Shown here piece after piece: positions 49,901 to 58,771 of a DNA stretch of 64,000 bases. The notes beneath the pieces were generated by a model, which worked only from the letters and a program-made list of their open reading frames with translations, did not search any database and had not been told where the DNA came from. Positions within the stretch are counted from its first letter, which is position 1. Every line of letters starts with the position of its first letter. The DNA comes from Bacteroidota bacterium (lineage in GTDB: Bacteria; Bacteroidota; Bacteroidia; Chitinophagales; Chitinophagaceae): the NCBI GenBank assembly GCA_039795575.1, contig JBDKLP010000045.1, positions 20,552-84,551 on the forward strand, written 5' to 3'. Made by a program: the position numbers and the translations under genes.

Positions 49901-50059
49901 ATGCAACAAATTGAACTGGCTTACCAAGGAAAACCTAATGGATTAGCGAACCGTCAAATGTCCTTTGTTCAAGACGCACTTACTTCATACCAATTATTGA
50001 ATGCAATTGCTAAATTAGAGCAAGAAGTAGCTAAAGTCAATGCGCCCTCAACGAAATAA
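46994..50059 (+). CDS. DUF2723 / TMEM260-like (GT117) polytopic membrane glycosyltransferase
   Basis: SFWDCGEFI..AYKLQIPHPPG, FWYSAVEGEVY, GVHLLNLL, QPRERDY, GDNDTYPLWY. Confidence 0.88.
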   Translation: MDFKKVNNWTGWIVTLIACTVYVMTTEATGSFWDCGEFISSAYKLQIPHPPGAPMFVLLGRLFIVLFGDNPLTAAKAVNIMSALASGFTILFLFWTITHFAKRMVQKGTEALSNAQIIAIMGAGIVGALAYTFTDSFWYSAVEGEVYALSSFFTALVFWAILKWEHKADQLGADKWVIFIFYMMGVSIGVHLLNLLTIPAIVMVYYFRNYKASWKGGLIAFLIGVVITGFIQVFLIQYTIKWAGAFDVAFVNSLGLPFFSGFIAFFVLVAVILALAIRYANKKGLYFLKLGIWSTVFFLLGYTSYLTTMIRSNADPSVDMYNVDNPVTLVGYLGREQYGDWPILYGPDYVDKVDNIEGSDQYVKGPKGYDLAGKNYKRDWTSAPSAHLFPRMWDSENDRGQMDSYKAFAGVVDGEAPTLRDNIKYFTNYQFGFMYLRYFLWNFAGKQNDLQGFGNVRDGNFGTGISMIDNLFFGDQSKMPDSIKTQNKANNNLYMLPFILGIIGFIFQYQKAKKDFVVTGLLFFFTGIAIVLYLNQVSLQPRERDYAYVGSFYAFAIWIGLGVLQIVDWFTKFMNQRVAAIIATVVCFLAVPSLMAQQEWDDHDRSQKTLPRDLARNYLESCPPNAILFSFGDNDTYPLWYAQEVEGIRPDVRVVVNSLLGSDWYMKELRYKVNQSDKFDVIFSEEQVAGNKLNVAYYNALPEFGEKTYHNLDSVLRYVVGDPTGKYMASTNEGPVNIFPTHKFKVPVNKAAAIASGIAKPTDKIVDEMLIDFNPNRQYLVKNEMAMYAIIATTQFKRPICFTSLQELRELGLDKYVRQTGLSYQLVPVLGDGAVDTDAAYKNVMTKFSFGNAKNPNVYFDEENRRHLNSIRFAVSEIAQALIAEGKKDSAKQVLRKLDSEMSQKSFPYGMTSNRGNQHDYFSFVFMQNCYAAGDYELAKKVSNAVVKDLKQQLVYYRSLGESMSEDQFMQQIELAYQGKPNGLANRQMSFVQDALTSYQLLNAIAKLEQEVAKVNAPSTK

Positions 50060-50081
50060 AATCAATGATTTTAAAATATAC

Positions 50082-50112
50082 AAAAAGGCCTCGCAATTTG
50101 CGAGGCCTTTTT
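50082..50112. terminator. Bidirectional intrinsic terminator
   Basis: AAAAAGGCCTCGCA-att-TGCGAGGCCTTTTT. Confidence 0.9.
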
Positions 50113-50162
50113 AATTCAATAGATTTTATTGAAATCCAGTAATATATTTTTTTGCAACTTGC

Positions 50163-51290
50163 TTACACCAAATCTTTAAGAATGGTTATTACATGATCAA
50201 TTTCTTGTTGGGTATTATTTTTTGCAAATGAAAAACGTATTGTTGTGATCTCATTCCCTTTGTTTAAAGCGGCAATTACATGTGAACCCTGTTGCGCACC
50301 ACTTGAACAAGCACTGCCTCCACTCACACAAATATGTTGAATGTCTAAGTTAAATAAGACCATTTCTGACTTTTCGTTTTTGGGGAAATTCACGCTCAAT
50401 AAAGTATAAAGACTATCGCCAAAAGGATCTCCATTAAAGCTCACGCCAGGTATATGTAATTGAAGTTGCTCATGCATGTATTTTCTTAGTCCATTGATAT
50501 GGGCGCTGTCCTGTGCATGGTTTTCTGTTGCCAATTCTAAAGCCTTCGCAAATCCTACAATGCCATATAAGTTTTCGGTACCAGCACGCATATTGCGTTC
50601 CTGAGCACCTCCATGTACTAAAGGATGTATTTTAACATTTTCATTGATGTATAAAATCCCAACTCCCTTGGGTCCATGAAATTTATGTCCCGCACCTGTT
50701 ATAAAATCTACAGGCGTTTCACTAAGGTTGAAAGGAAAATGACCTACAGTTTGCACAGTGTCGCTATGGAAATAAGCATTGTATTTTTTACAAATATTGC
50801 CTACGGTAGGTAAGTCAATCATATTGCCAATTTCATTATTGGCATGCATAATACTTACAATGGTTTTTTCGGGATTGGATGCCAATAATTGTTCCAAGCT
50901 ATTTATATCTACATGGCCATTGGGTAATATGTTAACATAACTTAATTTCACATTGGCAGCTTTTGCCAAATGTTCCACTGTATGCAATGTGGCATGGTGT
51001 TCAATAGGAGAGCTAATAATATGTTGACAACCTAAATCATAAATCGCACCATGTAAAATAGTGTTACTACTTTCGGTACCACCACTGGTAAAAAAAATAG
51101 ATGCTGGTTTGGTGCCTAAAATTTTCGCAACCGATTTACGCGCTTGTTCAATGGCCATCCTAGATTCTCTACCATAGCTATAAATAGAGGAGGGGTTTCC
51201 AAATTTTTCAGTTAAATACGGCAACATGGCTTCCAATACCAAAGGATCTAATGGAGTGGTTGCTGCATTGTCAAAATATATTCTATCCAT
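50163..51290 (-). CDS. iscS: Cysteine desulfurase (IscS/NifS family)
   Basis: IYFDNAATTP, GNPSS, FTSGGTE, HKFHGPKG, RAGTEN, SGGSACSSG; ATG at 51290. Confidence 0.92.
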   Translation of the reverse strand: MDRIYFDNAATTPLDPLVLEAMLPYLTEKFGNPSSIYSYGRESRMAIEQARKSVAKILGTKPASIFFTSGGTESSNTILHGAIYDLGCQHIISSPIEHHATLHTVEHLAKAANVKLSYVNILPNGHVDINSLEQLLASNPEKTIVSIMHANNEIGNMIDLPTVGNICKKYNAYFHSDTVQTVGHFPFNLSETPVDFITGAGHKFHGPKGVGILYINENVKIHPLVHGGAQERNMRAGTENLYGIVGFAKALELATENHAQDSAHINGLRKYMHEQLQLHIPGVSFNGDPFGDSLYTLLSVNFPKNEKSEMVLFNLDIQHICVSGGSACSSGAQQGSHVIAALNKGNEITTIRFSFAKNNTQQEIDHVITILKDLV

Positions 51291-51300
51291 AGTTGCTAAT

Positions 51301-52683
51301 TTAGTGAATTGTACCCATAATAGCAATGATCTCATCTGCGAGTTGATCGGCTGCTTGTTGGGAGGGAGCTTCGGTATAAATGCGGATGATAGGTTCGGTA
51401 TTGCTGGATCTTAAATGCACCCAAGCATTTTCAAAATCAATTTTAAAACCATCCACTCTATTAATAGGGTACTGTCCGAATTTTTCAGTTAGGGTTGTAA
51501 AAATTTTATCCAAAGAAATATTGCCAGTGAGATCCATTTTCTTTTTGCTCATAAAATAAGCAGGATAGCTTGCTCTTAAAGCCGAAGCCGTTAATTTAGT
51601 TTTTGCTAAATGGGTTAAGAACAATGCAATGCCAATCAATGCGTCACGGCCATAATGTAAATCGGGAACAATAATGCCGCCATTGCCTTCTCCGCCTATT
51701 ACAGCATTTTGATTTTTCATCATGGTTACAACATTCACTTCACCTACAGCACTTGCAAAATAAGCGCAATTCTGCTTTTCAGTTATATCTCTTAAAGCCC
51801 TGGTAGATGATAAATTACTCACTGTAGCACCTTTTTTATGTTGTAAAATATAATCAGCAACAGCTACTAGGGTATATTCTTCTCCGAACAATTCCCCGTC
51901 CTCACTTACAAAACAAAGACGATCTACATCTGGATCTACAGCAATCCCTAAATGGGCTTTTTCTTTCACCACTGTTGAACACAATTCAGTTAAGTGTTCT
52001 TTTAAAGGTTCTGGATTGTGTGCAAAATCGCCGGTCATTTCGGCGTTTAATACTTTAATATTTTCAACGCCAATGGCTTTGAGGAGTGCAGGTACGGTAA
52101 ATGCCCCCGAACTATTAATGGCGTCTACTACCACCGAAAACTGCGCATTTTTAATAGCGTTGATATCTACCAATGGATAATCTACAATGGCTTTGATATG
52201 ATTTGCTAAACTGTCTTCATTAGGAATGATCTTACCCATTTTATCTACAGGCGCATAATTAAAATCCTCATTTGCTGCTAAGCTTAAAATAGTTTTGCCT
52301 TCTTCGCCACTTACAAATTCTCCTTTTTCATTCAATAATTTAAGTGCATTCCATTCTTTAGGGTTATGACTTGCAGTTAATATAATACCTCCATCTGCTT
52401 GCTCAAAAACCACTGCCATCTCAACTGTTGGGGTGGTGCTAAGTCCTAAATGAATTACATCAATACCCAAGGCCATTAAACTTTGTTCCACCAAGGCTTC
52501 CACCATAGCGCCACTCATTCTACCATCACGACCTACGACCACTTTTTTATGTCCTGGCTTTTTATTAATTAGCCAAGTTCCATATGCCGAAGCAAATTTT
52601 ACAATATCAATTGGGGTAAGGTTGTCATTGGGTTTTCCGCCAATGGTACCTCTAAATCCAGAAATGCTTTTAATGAGTGACAT
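51301..52683 (-). CDS. glmM: Phosphoglucosamine mutase
   Basis: SISGFRG, GRDGR, TASHNP, DPDVDR, GGEGNGG, RSSNTEP. Confidence 0.88.
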   Translation of the reverse strand: MSLIKSISGFRGTIGGKPNDNLTPIDIVKFASAYGTWLINKKPGHKKVVVGRDGRMSGAMVEALVEQSLMALGIDVIHLGLSTTPTVEMAVVFEQADGGIILTASHNPKEWNALKLLNEKGEFVSGEEGKTILSLAANEDFNYAPVDKMGKIIPNEDSLANHIKAIVDYPLVDINAIKNAQFSVVVDAINSSGAFTVPALLKAIGVENIKVLNAEMTGDFAHNPEPLKEHLTELCSTVVKEKAHLGIAVDPDVDRLCFVSEDGELFGEEYTLVAVADYILQHKKGATVSNLSSTRALRDITEKQNCAYFASAVGEVNVVTMMKNQNAVIGGEGNGGIIVPDLHYGRDALIGIALFLTHLAKTKLTASALRASYPAYFMSKKKMDLTGNISLDKIFTTLTEKFGQYPINRVDGFKIDFENAWVHLRSSNTEPIIRIYTEAPSQQAADQLADEIIAIMGTIH

Positions 52684-52761
52684 ATTATCTTATTAAGAAT
52701 TTTTGAAAGGATGCACAAATTTACTTCAAAATTTTACACTTCTTGGTATCTTTATCCAATC

Positions 52762-53343
52762 ATGAACCACTTTTTAAACAGTTTGCTAGAGAAAGATAAA
52801 GCCCTATTTAGTTTGATTAATGGGAAATGGACCCATCCTGTATTAGATGCTATTATGCCCTGGCTAAGACATGCAAACAATTGGATACCCTTGTATATTG
52901 CTTTGTTATTGTTTTTAATATACAAATGGGGTCTTAAAACTTGGAAATGGATGCTAGTAGCAGTTGTGAATGTAGCCGTTTCCGATCAATTGAGTAGTTA
53001 TGTTTGCAAGCCATTATTTGCAAGACTTCGTCCTTGTCAGGATCCAACAATGATGTTTAAATCAAGATTATTGATTGATCATTGTATGAGCAGTTATAGT
53101 TTTACTTCCTCACATGCTACCAATCATTTTGGATTTGCCATGTTTGTATTTATGACCCTGCGTCCATTCTTTAAAAATTACAGCTATTTATTTTTTGTGT
53201 GGGCAGGATGTATTTCTTACGCACAAATTTATATTGGCGTACACTATCCTCTAGATGTATTGGGCGGTGCTGTATTAGGATTGAGCCTGGGTTATATTAG
53301 CAGTAAGATTTTTGAAAAATGGAATGGCTTGGCTAGAAAGTAA
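52762..53343 (+). CDS. PAP2 family phosphatase
   Basis: K..FARLRP, SFTSSHA, IYIGVHYPLDV motifs. Confidence 0.92.
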   Translation: MNHFLNSLLEKDKALFSLINGKWTHPVLDAIMPWLRHANNWIPLYIALLLFLIYKWGLKTWKWMLVAVVNVAVSDQLSSYVCKPLFARLRPCQDPTMMFKSRLLIDHCMSSYSFTSSHATNHFGFAMFVFMTLRPFFKNYSYLFFVWAGCISYAQIYIGVHYPLDVLGGAVLGLSLGYISSKIFEKWNGLARK

Positions 53344-53821
53344 AAACAGTTTTGTTTTTAGGAGCTGTTAATTCAAAGCTTTTCTTTTGTCCATTTGCTT
53401 GTACATGAATAATGTTAATTTGCTGCGGGTCAATGCCAAAAAGGATTTCACAAAAAACGCTTAACTCTTTAAGTTGTTTTATGTTTTTCACTTCCATATA
53501 AGTCCAGGTGCTTTCTTTTTGAATTTCAAATCCAATAAAATCCATTTTGCACTTGTTGCCATTGGCAGTAAGAGCTAATCTTTTCTGTATATACAAATTA
53601 ATATAGGTCTCTGCTTTTGCTTTTTGTTTAGGGTCAGCAAGGTCCAATTTTACATTGTATTCATTTTCCAATCTTGTTTCCAAGTCGGTAGTGAATGTGC
53701 GCACACTCATTTCCAAGCTTGCTTCTTTTGGGTTATGGTTAATATCTATTACAGAAACATAAAAAGGGTGCAATATTGCTAGTAGTAAAGTAGTAAGCGG
53801 TTTGAATCCAATCCAAGTCAT
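53333..53821 (-). CDS. DUF6702-type secreted protein
   Basis: HPFYVSVIDI, FTTDLE, QQINIIHV; divergent from hupE/M1; start uncertain. Confidence 0.7.
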   Translation of the reverse strand: MTWIGFKPLTTLLLAILHPFYVSVIDINHNPKEASLEMSVRTFTTDLETRLENEYNVKLDLADPKQKAKAETYINLYIQKRLALTANGNKCKMDFIGFEIQKESTWTYMEVKNIKQLKELSVFCEILFGIDPQQINIIHVQANGQKKSFELTAPKNKTVFTF

Positions 53822-53881
53822 AATCTTTATATTTGTCTGCTGCAAATTACTTTAATATTGAGTAGCCTAAAAATTTGAATT

Positions 53882-54472
53882 ATGAATGAATTAGGGATCT
53901 ACATACATTTGGGATTTAAACATATTATAGAATGGGGGGCATGGGACCATATCCTATTTGTATGGGTATTGGCCCTTCGTTACCAATGGATTGATTGGAA
54001 AAAGCTCCTTATTTTAATCACGGCTTTTACCATCGGTCATTCTATCACTTTGGCTTTAAGTACCCTAAATTGGATAGATTTTCCTAGTCAGTGGATTGAA
54101 ACCTTGATTCCCACCACAATTTTGATCACAGCAATAAGCAATTTTTGGGTAAAAAACTTCGATTTTCAATCAAAATACCCTGTTATTTACTTTTTTGCCC
54201 TGTTTTTTGGCTTAATACATGGATTGGGCTTTAGTACCTACCTTAAAAGCTTATTAGGCAAGGAAACATCGATATTCGGACCGCTCTTCACATTTAATAT
54301 AGGTTTAGAGCTAGGACAGCTCCTAGTGGTAGGGGTAATTTTAATTATTTCATTTATATTCGTATCCGTATTTAGAGTGAACCGCCTGCGTTATTTACAG
54401 ATAGGATCTGCAATTGCCATGCTATTTGCTTCAAATATGGTTATAGATAGAGTCGTTTCGTTTATTAAATAG
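53882..54472 (+). CDS. HupE/UreJ family membrane protein
   Basis: GFKHI..DHILF, TAFTIGHSITL, FGLIHGLGF, FNIGLELGQ. Confidence 0.9.
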   Translation: MNELGIYIHLGFKHIIEWGAWDHILFVWVLALRYQWIDWKKLLILITAFTIGHSITLALSTLNWIDFPSQWIETLIPTTILITAISNFWVKNFDFQSKYPVIYFFALFFGLIHGLGFSTYLKSLLGKETSIFGPLFTFNIGLELGQLLVVGVILIISFIFVSVFRVNRLRYLQIGSAIAMLFASNMVIDRVVSFIK

Positions 54473-54485
54473 AAAAAAATCAAAA

Positions 54486-56861
54486 ATGAAGAAAATTCTG
54501 ACCCTCGGATTTCTTTTATTGAGCACAGGCTCAGTATTGCTTGCGCAAGACATCCACAACAATCCTACCTCAAACCACGGAAACAAGTTTGAGCAGTTAG
54601 GAACTATTTTGCCTACGCCCAACGAATACCGTACAGCGAGTGGTGCGCCAGGACCAAAGTATTGGCAACAACGCGCCGATTATGATATCAAAGCAACATT
54701 AGATGAGCAGAAATTATTGTTGACTGGTGCTGAAACAGTTACTTATTTCAACAATTCTCCTGATGTCTTAACATACTTATGGTTACAGTTAGATGAAAAT
54801 GAGCATAGCTCTACTAAAAATGCAGGTTACCAAGAATCAAGTGCATTGGGAAGAGGTGTGAGTCCTGCAACCATCGATAAATTAGCAGAAGAAAAAACAG
54901 ACAATGGTTTGGGTGACAATATCATCAAAGTAACAGATGCATTGGGTGCTAAATTAAAGTACACGGTGAACAAGACCATGATGCGTATTGAATTACCAAC
55001 TGCTTTAAAGCCAGGTCAAAAATTTGTATTCAAAATTGATTGGAATTATAAAATCACCGATCGTATGACTGTTGGTGGTCGTGGCGGTTATGAGTATTTT
55101 CCAGAAGATGGCAACTACTTATTTACCATGGCACAATGGTATCCACGTTTGTGCGTATACTCTGATTTCCAAGGATGGCAACACAAACAATTTACAGGAA
55201 GAGGGGAGTTTGCATTAACTTTTGGAAATTTCAAAGTGGCAATCACTGTACCAGGCGACCACGTAGTAATGGCAACTGGTGAGTGTACAAATTATCCAGC
55301 GGTATTAACTGCAGCGCAGTTAGCTAGATGGAACAAGGCACAAACTTCTTACACAGAACCGGTTGAAGTAGTTACTTTGGCTGAAGCAAAAAATGCTGAA
55401 CAACATCCTGTAAAAACTACCAAAACTTGGATTTTCAATGCCAACAATGTGCGTGATTTTGCTTTTGGTAGTAGCCGCAAATTTGTTTGGGATGCATTGG
55501 CAACCAATGTAGAAGGTAAGAAAGTAATGAGTATGAGTGCTTATGGAAAAGAAGCTTATGGTTTATATCGTAAATTCTCTTCAAAAGCGGTTGCACATAC
55601 AATCAAAACCTATTCTAAGTTTTCAATTCCTTATCCATATCCTGTTGCACAAAGTATTGAAGCAGCAAACGGTATGGAATACCCAATGATTTGCTTTAAC
55701 TATGGCCGTACTGAAAAAGATGGTTCATACACTGAAGCAACTAAGAATGGCATGTTGGGTGTAGTGATTCACGAAGTGGGTCATAACTTTTTCCCAATGA
55801 TTGTAAACTCCGACGAGCGTCAATGGTCTTGGATGGATGAAGGTTTAAATTCTTTCGTTCAATATTTGACGCAGGAATTATACGATAACAAATTCCCTTC
55901 TCGTGGTGGTCCAGCTTGGTCAATTGTTGACTATATGAAATTGCCAAAGGATCAATTAGAGCCTATCATGACGAATAGTGAAAACATTATAGGTTTTGGA
56001 CCAAATGCTTATACAAAGCCTGCAACTGGATTAAATATTTTACGTGAAACCATCATGGGCCGTGAATTATTTGACTATTCATTTAAGGAATATGCAAGAC
56101 GTTGGGCATTTAAACATCCAACACCTGCCGATTTGTTTAGAACGATGGAAGATGCCAGTGCTGAAGATTTAGATTGGTTCTGGAGAGGTTGGTTCTATAG
56201 CATTGATCCTTGTGATATTGCGATTGATACTGTTAAACATGCAGTGTATGATGCAACTGCTGCGGCACCTACTCCTCGTACTGCAACTGCACAAAGAGGT
56301 TTAGATAAACCTGCTGTGAATGCCTTTGAGGATATTTCAAAAATCAGAAACAAAGCCGATAAGTCTATCGTGTTCTTAACCGACGCCGATACTACTTTAC
56401 GTGATTTTTATTGGAGATACGATCGTGGCATTGAACCATATGATTCAGTTACTAAACAACCAGTTCCTAATTTCGGCACACCAATTGTTTTAACTGATGA
56501 GGAAAAAGCAAAATATGCCGATGCAAATTTGTATGAAATCACTTTCTTGAACAAGGGTGGATTGGTAATGCCAATCATTGTTGAGTTCACTTTTGCTGAT
56601 GGTACCAAAGAAACAAAGCGTATCCCTGCTCAAATTTGGAGAAAGAACGAGAACAAGGTTACAAAAGTGTTCTACACTACTAAAAAAGCAGTGTCTATTA
56701 AATTGGATCCAATGCGCGAAACCGCTGACATTGATGAATCCAACAATAGCTGGCCAAATGTAGCAGAACCAAGTAAGTTTACTTTGTTCAAAACAAAATC
56801 AGTAGGCCGTGGTCAATCAGTAGGATTGTCACCTATGCAAGCTGCTGCAACGAAAAAGTAA
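54486..56861 (+). CDS. M1 family zinc aminopeptidase, secreted
   Basis: Signal peptide, GMEYP, HEVGH-x18-E (WMDEG). Confidence 0.93.
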   Translation: MKKILTLGFLLLSTGSVLLAQDIHNNPTSNHGNKFEQLGTILPTPNEYRTASGAPGPKYWQQRADYDIKATLDEQKLLLTGAETVTYFNNSPDVLTYLWLQLDENEHSSTKNAGYQESSALGRGVSPATIDKLAEEKTDNGLGDNIIKVTDALGAKLKYTVNKTMMRIELPTALKPGQKFVFKIDWNYKITDRMTVGGRGGYEYFPEDGNYLFTMAQWYPRLCVYSDFQGWQHKQFTGRGEFALTFGNFKVAITVPGDHVVMATGECTNYPAVLTAAQLARWNKAQTSYTEPVEVVTLAEAKNAEQHPVKTTKTWIFNANNVRDFAFGSSRKFVWDALATNVEGKKVMSMSAYGKEAYGLYRKFSSKAVAHTIKTYSKFSIPYPYPVAQSIEAANGMEYPMICFNYGRTEKDGSYTEATKNGMLGVVIHEVGHNFFPMIVNSDERQWSWMDEGLNSFVQYLTQELYDNKFPSRGGPAWSIVDYMKLPKDQLEPIMTNSENIIGFGPNAYTKPATGLNILRETIMGRELFDYSFKEYARRWAFKHPTPADLFRTMEDASAEDLDWFWRGWFYSIDPCDIAIDTVKHAVYDATAAAPTPRTATAQRGLDKPAVNAFEDISKIRNKADKSIVFLTDADTTLRDFYWRYDRGIEPYDSVTKQPVPNFGTPIVLTDEEKAKYADANLYEITFLNKGGLVMPIIVEFTFADGTKETKRIPAQIWRKNENKVTKVFYTTKKAVSIKLDPMRETADIDESNNSWPNVAEPSKFTLFKTKSVGRGQSVGLSPMQAAATKK

Positions 56862-56880
56862 TTGTAAGTACGTTTTATAT

Positions 56881-56914
56881 AAAAGCCCTTCTTTCATCGG
56901 AAGGGCTTTTTTTT
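56881..56914. terminator. Intrinsic terminator (probably bidirectional)
   Basis: AAAAGCCCTTC-tttcatcg-GAAGGGCTTTT plus T-run. Confidence 0.88.
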
Positions 56915-56954
56915 GTAGCGGGATATATTATGTAACTAATTCTTTGCTATGATT

Positions 56955-58013
56955 TTATTTATTCTCTAAACTGTGTGCTGCAGACTTGTAATGCTTCCAT
57001 TTGGTAATCGCCGCTTCCATATCACTTGGTAGTGTACTTTCAAAACGCATCATCTCATTGGTGATAGGATGTACAAAACCCAAAGTAGCGGCATGCAATG
57101 CGCAACGAGGGCAAGCATCAAAACAGTTGTCTACAAATTGCTTGTATTTAGTGTAAATGGTGCCTTTTAATATACGATCTCCTCCGTATTCATTGTCGTT
57201 AAATAAAGTGTGTCCAATATGTTTCATGTGCACCCGTATTTGGTGGGTACGGCCTGTTTCTAAAATACAAGAAACTAGGGTGGTATAATTATATCTTTCT
57301 AATACTTTATAGTGGGTAATTGCGTGCTTGCCAACTTCTCCTTCTGGATAAGCGTCAAACATTTTTCTAAATGTTTTATGTCGTGCAATATGTGCTACCA
57401 CTGTGCCTTCATCTTGTTCCATATCGCCCCATACTAATGCAACATATTTTCTTTCAACAGTATGGTTAAAAAATTGCTTAGCTAAGTGACTTGCTGCTTC
57501 GGCAGTTTTAGCCAATACAATCAAACCTGTTGTGTTTTTATCAATTCTGTGCACTAATCCAAAACGAGGTAGTACTTCCTCATTTAAAGATGGGTTTTGT
57601 GAAAGTAAATGATATGCTACTCCGTTTAATAAAGTACCTGTATAATTGCCAATGCCAGGATGCACCACCATATTGGCAGGTTTATTAATGACCATTACTG
57701 CATCGTCTTCGTATACAATATCGAGGTTCATTGCTTCCGGCTTGAGTTCTGTGTACTCGGGATTTACATAACTCATATAAGTTACTTCGTCACCAGGACG
57801 GGTACGGTAATTGCTTTTTACTACTTTCCCATTCACTGTCAAAAAGCCACCTTCAATGCCATTTTGTAATTTACTTCGCGTCATGCCTTCGATACGCATT
57901 TGCACCCATTTGTCAATACGCATGGGTTCTTGACCTTTATCTACCATAAAAGTCAATTTCTCATATACTTCCTCGCTGTTTTCTTCTTGTATTAAATCTT
58001 GTTCAGTTGACAT
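56955..58013 (-). CDS. rluD: RluA-family 23S rRNA pseudouridine synthase (RluD-like)
   Basis: S4 domain (RIDK), NKPANMVVHP, VHRIDKNTTG, LETGRTHQIRVH, LHAATLGF. Confidence 0.9.
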   Translation of the reverse strand: MSTEQDLIQEENSEEVYEKLTFMVDKGQEPMRIDKWVQMRIEGMTRSKLQNGIEGGFLTVNGKVVKSNYRTRPGDEVTYMSYVNPEYTELKPEAMNLDIVYEDDAVMVINKPANMVVHPGIGNYTGTLLNGVAYHLLSQNPSLNEEVLPRFGLVHRIDKNTTGLIVLAKTAEAASHLAKQFFNHTVERKYVALVWGDMEQDEGTVVAHIARHKTFRKMFDAYPEGEVGKHAITHYKVLERYNYTTLVSCILETGRTHQIRVHMKHIGHTLFNDNEYGGDRILKGTIYTKYKQFVDNCFDACPRCALHAATLGFVHPITNEMMRFESTLPSDMEAAITKWKHYKSAAHSLENK

Positions 58014-58057
58014 ACTGCAAAAGTAAGTTATTGCTGCTTAGTTTGTAACTTTGTGGC

Positions 58058-58771
58058 ATGCGCCAAAAAGTATATTTTGAAGATTTAGGGATCAAATCCT
58101 ATCTGCCTACCTGGGATTATCAGGAAACATTATTGGCGAAAAATACCCAAATCAAAACTATCGCAAGGGAAAAAGAGGAAGATGTAAAGCATACAGCAAC
58201 TGAGCATAGATTATTATTAGTGGAGCATCCGCCTGTTTTTACATTAGGGAAAAATGGTAAAAGGGAGCATGTATTGGTTTCTGAGGAGCATTTGCAAAAA
58301 TTAGGTATTGAGTTTTTTCATATTAATAGAGGGGGTGATATTACCTATCATGGTCCTCAGCAAATCGTAGGCTATCCTATTTTAGATTTGGATAAATTTA
58401 AAACCGATTTAGGCTGGTATTTAAGAAGCTTGGAGCAAGTGATAATTGATACCATTGCAGAATACGGCTTAAAAGGGGAAAGAAGTGCAGGAGAAACAGG
58501 AGTTTGGTTGCAGCCCGATGATCCTTTTATGGCAAGAAAAATTTGTGCAATGGGTATTAAATGCAGTCGTTGGGTCACTATGCATGGATTTGCTTTAAAT
58601 GTGAATCCCGACTTATCCCATTTTGAATACATTGTACCCTGTGGTATTCAAGGAAAAACAGTTACTTCATTAGAAAAAGAATTAGGATACAAAGTAAATT
58701 ATGAAGAAGTAAAAGAGAAAATCAAAAAACATTTTCAATTGATTTTTGATTGTGATCTTGAAACCTTATGA
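58058..58771 (+). CDS. lipB: Lipoyl(octanoyl) transferase
   Basis: EHPPVFTLG, RGGDITYHGP, KICAMG, MHGFALN, IVPCGI. Confidence 0.97.
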   Translation: MRQKVYFEDLGIKSYLPTWDYQETLLAKNTQIKTIAREKEEDVKHTATEHRLLLVEHPPVFTLGKNGKREHVLVSEEHLQKLGIEFFHINRGGDITYHGPQQIVGYPILDLDKFKTDLGWYLRSLEQVIIDTIAEYGLKGERSAGETGVWLQPDDPFMARKICAMGIKCSRWVTMHGFALNVNPDLSHFEYIVPCGIQGKTVTSLEKELGYKVNYEEVKEKIKKHFQLIFDCDLETL

